Origin: Tubiluchus corallicola
Lineage: Eukaryota > Animalia > Priapulida
DNA length: 64,000 nt
NCBI GenBank assembly: GCA_030141605.1
Contig: JAQGDQ010000130.1
Span: 487,273-551,272 of the forward strand
Reading direction: 5' to 3'
Position numbers and translations under genes: made by a program. How positions within the stretch are numbered: position 1 is the stretch's first letter; each line of letters starts with the position of its first letter. The notes under the pieces are model-generated. The model saw only the letters and a list, made by a program, of their open reading frames with translations. It did not search any database and had not been told where the DNA came from. This document shows, piece after piece, positions 55,780-64,000 of the stretch.

Positions 55780-56480
55780 ATTTAAGGAACACAGTATCCA
55801 GAAACTATAAAGGAACATGTTGAACTATGTTACCTCAAGAATCATAGGCTAAAGAAAAATTAAGGGACAAGGCATGCAAACTTCACAAGAAAATGAGTTG
55901 AACTATATCATTTCACAAGATCATATGTCAAAGTGATTTAAAGAACACAACATACAGACGAAAAAAGTTGAAAAATCCTCCTCACATCTATTTGCTCAAA
56001 ATCAAATAAAGAAAACTCGAGAGTCAAAAGTGCATAACATGCGAGAAAATGAGTTAAGATAGTTAAAAAACAGTGGTCAAAAGTCGTTCAAAGAACACAG
56101 CATGTGGGAACGTATGATGAAACAAATCGGGTTATGCCAATTCAAAATCAAAATCAAACTCACTTTAATATTGCAGAAACGAGAGTGAAATGAGTTGTGC
56201 TATTTACTTGATAGGCTGGGAAGCCAAATCATAATGAGTTGAGCCATTTACTTGATAGGCTGGGAAGCCAAATCATAACAATGAGTTGAGCTTTGTTATT
56301 TCAGAAGTTTTGAGATCAAAAGTCGCAATTAACATAGCATGTAGAAACCACGATAACATCATGAAGAGTTTATCTATGCAAGATCACAAGTGCACAGCTC
56401 AAATTAATTTAAAGAACAAAAAATGTAGAAGCCACAATGAAACGAGAGCTGAGCTATATCAATTTAAATGGTCAGGGTAA
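55780..56480. repeat. Old ~78-bp degenerate tandem repeat containing a younger 44-bp tandem duplication (56190-56277)
   Basis: ttaa.g.aca...(c/t)at recurs at ~55782, 55860 and 55938; atgagttg recurs; atttacttgataggctgggaagccaaatcata appears twice. Confidence 0.6.
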
Positions 56481-58096
56481 AAAATAATTTAAAGTTGGCT
56501 GATTTATGATCCAAGTCGCCTGTTTTTGGAAGATTATTACATAATAATATAATAAAAGCGTCCAGCCATATAGAAACTGAAGGCCAACGAAGTCCCTCTC
56601 ATTGCTGCTCCATTAGACTTGGCAGGGCTTCAGTCGTCCCTGTGCAGTAAAATCGAATTTACAACGCTTGTAAAACTAGCGCACATTTTATGCGCTAATG
56701 TTCAGTGACGGCTTGTTTTGTCTAGCGTGTGTTGTGTCAACTTGCCAGAGTAATTGTATGAAATCTAGTGTATGGTGCGCCATTTGTCTCTAAATAGCAG
56801 AGAAAATCGAACTGTCGCTTGTAATTTATGAACCGCTTACATGCTGCGAATGCCTGTGGACTACTAGTAAAGGGGGAGGGGCACTTAAGCAACAATTCTT
56901 CTAGCACCTTCCTTAGTCTCTGTTTCAAAAGTTGCGCGTGAGCAAATTGAGACTGCCCGACTTGTAGAAAACTTACAGGCCTTGGTGAACAACGCACGAA
57001 ACTGACATTAGGTTTAGAAAATTGGAAGTTATCCTGTGGCGGAACCTGCGCAAAATGCATAGATCAAGTTAAAGCTTTATATGTTTTACAGTACTACTAC
57101 TAGGTCTCCATTATTTAACATATAAAGTAATGTCAAATGTAGGTGAGAATTCGGGAAAAATATCGTCCAACTATGCAAAATTTAGGGTTTCATTTCAAAC
57201 TCTACCGTTGCATACCCAGAGTAGGGCATCTGATTCGGATCTACACGAATACTGGTCATGCCGACGTACAAAATTTAATATTTATTGGCCCTGGGATTTC
57301 ATGGGCCCTTGGAACTTTTTGGGTCCCAGAGAAATGTACTGGCTGCGTCTTCTTCTCCTTGGGCCTATCCGTTTGAAATAAGGTTCTATAGTAAACAAGT
57401 AGTAATAGTGATCGACAATTAAATAATTGTAATATGCATACACTTAGTTTTTTGTGTATAGGCGCATGTATATAGGTTATTTAGTGAAATTCCTTACCAA
57501 TGAAGACTCACTGAATCAAACAAATATAGTTTTCAGTATTTTAAAACACGTAGAATAGGTGTTCACATTTCATATTGTTCATGATTGAATTTGAAAATCG
57601 TAGCACCTTTGACCAAGGGGAGTAACTTAGCAACTTAGAGTGTGGTCAGCACATGAAGAAGTGATCGCCTGAAAAATTGCCTCAGGGAGATTTCGTCCGC
57701 CATTATGCATTCAGACAGTATTTCCCTCTTTGAGAGAGAATTATAAGAATCCGAACATGCCGAATACAACTACAAACCGCATGAGCTTATGTCACCGACG
57801 AATAAATAAAACTATTCAGCTACGTTTAAAAACTAAAAACCAAGGATTTACGATATAGTCTCGCCACAAGTTCACAGCCACCTGCGTGTTCGATAGGCCC
57901 TACTACTGAATGCTGGATTCCGGGTTGTAAAGTACCGACCAGAATGAGGAAAGTTTATGAAAATTAATACCAAGCAAAGTTGGCAAAATGCAAGTTGCTC
58001 ATGTCGGTTTGGGCCATATGGGCTTTTCTTCACTAGTGCACTAGGGTTAAATAAAAATAAGGAAAAGCAAAGTAACTTGAATCTTTTTCATTATAG

Positions 58097-58339
58097 ATTG
58101 CAAACCTTGCTTCGTCGTATGTCTGTCATCAGCTTCTCTTGTACACTGATGGTTCCATATCCGCCCAGCTGGTAGACCAGCTCTTCAAAGCCTTTCAAGA
58201 ACAACCCGACTACAGCGAGATCTTGAGCAAGTTCATCCTTCGATACAACAAAGCAACCCAGTCAAGTGGACCAGAGGCGACCATTCCTGCCCATCAACCA
58301 GTAATACGGTTACTCATAGAATTGCTCAAATTTTCGTTG
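58097..58339 (+). CDS. Coding exon D; helical region (IANLASSYVCHQLL...RLLIELLKFSL)
   Basis: tttttcattatag| acceptor, ttg|gtaagt donor; 243 nt open, phase 0-0, higher GC than flanks. Confidence 0.88.
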
Positions 58340-59128
58340 GTAAGTTAGCCCACTTAGGTTGAGGTTGCAATGTGGAAAACTACCAGTATCACATCGACAG
58401 TAATCTATGTCATGTTCACGTATTCTTGCTGACCAGATTGCAGTTTTTAGATTAGAACGTCTTTAAAGATAAATGGAAAAGTCGCACAGCAGACGACATT
58501 AACTATTTTTTACTAAAGAAACAGATCACGACCTGATAGAGGAAACAGAAGAAGTATAGCAACACTATGTGGCTGGCGCCATCTATGAACAATAAAATTA
58601 ATTATCAACAATTTTACAGCAAAGGTGGAACTCGTGAAGATATAAGAATCATTCACAACTTTAATGTTAAAATTTTTACTTGAATAACTAAGTAATTAAA
58701 GCAGAAACGGAGCATCTGCTTAATAAAGACTGTCGTGAATTTATTTTTATCACGAGATTTCAGTAGATTTAATTCAAAGTCACATCACAACAATTGTTCA
58801 ACTGCAGCATAAAGTTCCAAATTCTTAATCACATAAGTTTTAGTAATTGCAAAAAGCACAACTGTTTAGCACAAAAGTTAAGCCACACCTCTGAACTGGT
58901 TCAAAAAAGTTCCTAGTTCTAACAAGTATCAATCCAGCAATCTTATTTTGTTTGAAAAAGTAGGACAAATTAGACTAATTATTGTGCAAATTCATTAATA
59001 AGACTATAGGCTTGTGGACTTCAATCAAGTTCACATCAGTTTGAAGGACAAAACTGATATTAATTTAATAGTAAGCCCAGTTCATATATTGTATGACTGG
59101 GTAACTAAACATTTTTTTACACATCTAG

Positions 59129-59335
59129 GACCCTGTAGGACACAACATATTGTGGCTAAAGTTGCTTGAGACGTTCTGTCATGTCACCCAAAATCTTCAT
59201 ACAATGATGGACCACGAGGCAACAGCAACAATAATGGGGACAATGGCCGCTCATCGGGCGTGTCCAGAAATCCAGGCACATGCGTGTGAGGTGCTCAGAT
59301 GGTTGGCCACATTCAAACAGCTGCCTTGTGATAAG
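59129..59335 (+). CDS. Coding exon E; armadillo-like repeat (IMGTMAAHRACPEIQAHACEVLRWLA)
   Basis: acatctag| acceptor, aag|gtaat donor; 207 nt, phase 0-0. M..H.....IQ..AC..L..L resembles LRRK2-type ARM repeats. Confidence 0.88.
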
Positions 59336-59929
59336 GTAATATGCAAGAAAGAACTTCAATGCTTTTGTCAACATCAAATTCGTGAAGGTAAAATTGAAGA
59401 CATCTGATGACATTATGGTGTTTCAAGCAACATGTCAAGATGACCAGATGATAATGAGTGTAATGAGTAAAAAAGGCAACAACAGTATCAGCAGTGACCA
59501 CAATGATAACAATAGTGATTTCAATTGAACAGGGAAAACAACAGTTGCAAAAAACAACAACACAACGACAGCAACAACAGCAACAGTAACAATAATAACA
59601 ATGGCAAAACAGTAATTATAAAATTACATAATTAGAGTCACATTATAATGGAATCTTCAGTACGGCAACATTAAATAGAGGATCGTGCTAGACATTAGCT
59701 TGATCTGTATATGTAATGTTAACGCACAGCACCATTGGCAAAAACATATTGTGCAGTAACCCACATCATTAGTATTATTCAAGCACATGCATCAAACTTA
59801 TAGTTATTATAGTTATTTATCTTAGTACGTGACATCCGACCTAAGCATATCTGCTTTCTTCCCGAACTATCACTTATCTGGTACTCTATAAAATTTCAAT
59901 ACTTATTTCAAATTGTTTTATTTCTGCAG

Positions 59930-60077
59930 ATTGCCATGAAAGAAAGTATTATCGAGTTGGTTGTGGAGGCTATGAAGACACACGGATGGGACGAGAGGGT
60001 ATTACGTCCAGCATGTGGTCTCTTAGCAAACCTCACTGCCTGCCTTACTGACCGTGCTCACAGCATACTCACAAAAA
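59930..60077 (+). CDS. Coding exon F; armadillo-like repeat (VVEAMKTHGWDERVLRPACGLLANL)
   Basis: ttttatttctgcag| acceptor; a|gtacga donor gives phase 1, matching the next exon; AM..H.....V...AC.LL.NL motif. Confidence 0.85.
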
Positions 60078-60336
60078 GTACGATTTTTATCTTTTCTTCT
60101 ATGCACTGTTTTATTTCTTGCTTCATAGATGGCACCAGTAAATCTGATAGGCAATTGTTTAGCTAAAAGGCCTAGGTAATGCTAAAGGGCTTTTCCACCA
60201 AAGTACACCCATAAAAGCACTCATTTTGAGGCATGTTTCACAGATCTTTCCGGAACAAGAAGAGTCAGAATACACTGAAAAAATATAAGCTGCTGAAAAT
60301 TACTAAGGAACTGATCATAATCGTTATTTGTTACAG

Positions 60337-60520
60337 TGTGTACAAATGGAACAGCAAATGAGACACCTCATCTAATAATGCAGGTTCTCTCATTGCTTGA
60401 CACGTTAAGAGACCGAGCGTTACCTTACGTGAAGGCGAGAGCTCGAAGATTTCCACGTGACTTCCAGATGCAAACTGACGCACGGCGAATGGATGCCTAC
60501 TTCTTTGCTCCAAATGTGCT
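60337..60520 (+). CDS. Coding exon G (MCTNGTANETPHLIMQVLSLL...YFFAPNVL)
   Basis: tttgttacag| acceptor (phase 1, a+tg), ct|gtaagt donor (phase 2); open frame. Confidence 0.85.
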
Positions 60521-60980
60521 GTAAGTATAGCACCCCTAGCAAGTTGTGCAGTACTCGAGAATAAAAGACAGACAAGAGGCTCTTAACTACGATTGAAGAT
60601 TAGTTTGTAAATCTTGTGCTGGCACTGGAATGTACATACGACTAGTAATCGAATTAGCTCAAATGAGAAAATAGAGGGTTACAATGTTCTTTCGTTGACG
60701 TATGTGTAAGCAAGCATTGATTTAGATAGAAAATCTATCTTTATCACCTGTCTAAATATGGAGCAGGCTTGAGACTTACACAGGACAAAGCTCTTATGAA
60801 ATATGACTAGTTTTACAGTTTCCTTAGATCCACTTTTTGTATAATTATATATTCTGACTTTTCTCATGAACTAAGTCTAAATGGGTTTACTTAGCACTCT
60901 GCTGCTATAATGTATTTTTGCAAAAGTGCGAATGTGGTTTTACTGTTCTGATTTTGGATATTTGTGTTATAAACTTTCAG

Positions 60981-61104
60981 TTTATCACCAGAGGTCCCCA
61001 CAAGTCCAGTAATCTCGTTTAGGCACCACAGACATGTGTCAAACAATCGTCTAAAACGATCAAGGTCAAACGATGACAATGATTTGCCCAAATCTGGCAA
61101 GAAG
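60981..61104 (+). CDS. Coding exon H; Ser/Pro- and basic-rich region (LSPEVPTSPVISFRHHRHVSNNRLKRSRSNDDNDLPKSGKK)
   Basis: aaactttcag| acceptor in phase 2, aag|gtactt donor in phase 0; open frame. Confidence 0.8.
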
Positions 61105-61559
61105 GTACTTCACTTTTTACAGCAACTCACTTTCGTGTTGTTTAATGTTTGTGCTACATCCTATTCTTCCATTAGCAATTAATGCATGATTATAATCTTC
61201 AAAATGTCATGCTTTCAGATGTTTTGTGGTGATACACAATACCAGGGAATTATCCCAGATGTGTTTGTAAACCCGTAATATTTCTCAGATTCCAGAGTTG
61301 CGATTTTTCATAGTTATATTGCTAATGAACGACTGTTTCTAATCTGCAAAGTGTGACGTTTTGTTTGTTTTATTTTATTTGTTTATTAGACAGAAGTTAA
61401 AATTACCCTAGAGGATACTAACTGGACACAGTTTTTAGGTTACTCGTTAGCGACATAACTTTATAAACAGATTTGTTTTGCTGTGAAGCCGGTCTCATAA
61501 GAAGCTTTCAGCCACATTATGGTGTCACAGTAGAGTAACAGCGCAGTCATATTGTAATG

Positions 61560-62030
61560 GGTTCTATAGTAATGCTAAATGGCATTCAAAATAACATATT
61601 CACGAAATGCATTTCCAGGTGGGTAAAGATAACTCCTAGTTCGGGTACCTACCTAGAACAAATTGCAATAGATTTTTTCTTCAGGTTCTGTTAGAACATG
61701 GCATTAGGTATCCTCAACAAAAAATCGGCCAAAATCGTCACAGATGAAAAACGCCACTAACTTTCAATCCTCGGGTGCATTTTAGGCATACTGTCGGCCG
61801 ATAATACATATTTTTCATCTAGCCTCGATGGTTTACGAGATATAACTGATTTTTAGCCCTAGTAGGCGCCATTTTGGATTTATGCATATGTCTCAAAAGT
61901 ACCAATCCTTATTTTGGCATGTTATGTTTACCCCTATTCATCATAACGCTGAATAGTATTTTAAACGGCACATCTAGGCGATTCCGCCAAAAATCAATAC
62001 TTCGTAACCCAATGCTTCCTATTTAAGATT
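61560..62030. mobile_element. Probable HINE-like non-autonomous element in last intron
   Basis: Motifs ggcgccattttggattt, ggtttacgagatata and aaaatcggccaaaatc resemble invertebrate Helentron-derived repeats; inference only. Confidence 0.35.
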
Positions 62031-62132
62031 ACTTAGTTGCTACTTAATGAGCAAACTTTACCTGTATTAATAATTAGCCAAAACTATTCAATGTGTAAGT
62101 ACTTATTTTCTTCAAAACGTTCTACGTTTTAG

Positions 62133-62237
62133 GCACATTTATCTGGTGATGGCAAACCTAGTAGCTTCTCCAGCAGTTCGAGTGCAGAATCATGCGACTC
62201 CAGTGATGATGACGACGATGATGATGACTGGATATGA
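62133..62237 (+). CDS. Terminal coding exon I; Ser-rich then acidic tail (AHLSGDGKPSSFSSSSSAESCDSSDDDDDDDDWI*)
   Basis: ctacgttttag| acceptor in phase 0, TGA at 62235-62237; AATAAA signals downstream (~62616, ~63296, ~63635). Confidence 0.8.
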   Translation, partial: AHLSGDGKPSSFSSSSSAESCDSSDDDDDDDDWI

Positions 62238-64000
62238 CTATAGGTGTTAAATTTTAGGCAATTCTACTTGTTCTCATTGTTTGTCTATAGTACAATTGTT
62301 AATATAGGGGTCTAATTTGCATCTGTAGTATAGGGCATCTTACAGAAGATGGGTGTGTGCGTTTGTAACTTTTCAACTCTCGTCTGCTAAAGTATTTCTT
62401 TAAATGTTGAACTATTACACTATCACTGTACGAAAATGTTGGCAAAGTGTGTAAAAAAATTTCACAGAAAGGGCCAAAAACACAGTAAACTTAGCCCTGT
62501 TTCTTCCACAAGAAATACATGACAAACATTTATTGTTTATAGTTCTGTTGTTTTAAATGATTACGTACTTGTGTGTCCTTCCAAAGAGCTTGTTTCCACA
62601 ATGTACACGTTCCACAATAAAATTATTGCCTTGGTATTATGTCCAATTTAAAATAATTCTCCGTTTTATATAATATAGAGAAATACTTTCTACGTAAAAA
62701 ACTTGTCAGTCTACTTTATCTTCATCAATGTCTAATATTTTTGCACTCCACTAGAGTAAGCCTACTTTTTGCAATCTAGCTATTAATACTGGATTTTTAA
62801 CAACTTTTTCGCTTGAACAGAGTTTTCAGTGCATTACATGTTTAAACCAGGCTCGCTATAGTTCGCTCAATTGAGACAATTGTAGATGACATTTAAGAAA
62901 ATCTAAATTTCAATATCAGGCATTACAAAGTACTTTACGAACCGCATTATGAGCCTAAGCAATCTATTAAGATTAGATGTTAAGAAAAACATATATTTGA
63001 CACTATTTGAACATTAGAATTGTAGTTGTACATGCGATAGATATTAAAATATACTGTGGCATTTAGATTCTATAATACTGATTAATAGCGTATAAATTGT
63101 TGTGCAATGGAGTATAATAGGGATGGTGTGTGAAGTGTATTCTTATCTGGTCAAATATCTAAAATAATATTTAATCTGTATACTACTACATTATATTTAT
63201 GACTCTAATGCACGTACATAAATTAGAGTTAATTTATATATTTATATTTCTGTATGGATTGTTAGAATAGATGCACTATTAACTGTAAAATCCATAATAA
63301 ATTTTTATGGTTGCTGCTCGACAAATTTCAAAATGGCTCTGCAAAGAATCAAGTCCGCTAAAGAATTAAGCTTTCTGAACTTGTAAAAAGAACTTTTTAC
63401 CGCTGACTCACTTACTGAAATCATCATCACTCTTAAATTTTAAACTATACTTGAATTTAACGAACTAGAAATGAATAACGGGAAATGATCCATTTATAAA
63501 TGATTTACTATTATAATACGTTTTATTATTTTAATTCCAGCAATACATTTTGTTTTTTAAAAATCTGTTTCAATTTTTTTGTGTTTTTTCGATGCCGGCG
63601 TTTGGTCGTAGTCGCTAGTAATTATTGATTTCCCAATAAATAATAGACCAGTGAGCTTGATCAATTATAGACTTGTTCGATGCGAGAAGACTTCAAGATA
63701 AGATAATGCTCTTCTGAGACTTGTCATGGTCATAATCATGAAGAAGTCAAAGCGCTCATTAAATCTCATTACAATTACTAATTAAGAAGCACAAAATTAA
63801 AATGAAGCTGACAAACAGACCTGAAATCAAATTGTATGGCCTGGATCATGAAAGGCAACCGAAAGTTTATACAGTAAACAGGTCAGCTTTGGTTGTATTC
63901 AGTCGACTTATGCAACCTTTATGTTTATGGCTTCGTTTAATTTGTGCTTCAATTATTGTGTGGCCTCTTCTAATTCTGTGTTTTCTTTTTGAGTTGTGGA

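Noticed and set aside
60244-60280. Extra exon after tttcacag between exons F and G
   Set aside because: It hits an in-frame TGA in the required phase; F joins G cleanly without it.

Overview
AT-rich eukaryotic (animal-like, probably invertebrate) genomic DNA. It is mostly non-coding and full of microsatellites, decayed LINE fragments and non-autonomous DNA/Helentron-like repeats; almost all ORFs in the supplied track are spurious. The only well-supported gene is a spliced + strand gene with at least 9 coding exons (52234-62237). Every intron is GT-AG, the phases match, and about 473 codons are visible; the 5' end was not found. It encodes a kinesin-3/PHLDB-type FHA-like domain, armadillo-like helical repeats and an acidic C-terminal tail ending DDDDDDDDWI. 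The most unusual non-coding structures are: (1) a ~1.1 kb imperfect, branched foldback (5031-6152) whose stem mismatches are G-U compatible on the + strand, interrupted by an exact templated copy of its own apex; (2) a B-X-A / B-A / B-A rearrangement with a 1822-bp period and 3-bp microhomology junctions (39354-46809); (3) a 31-bp minisatellite with a 310-bp higher-order repeat. No tRNA, rRNA or CRISPR array was found. All analysis was by eye, and repeat boundaries are approximate.
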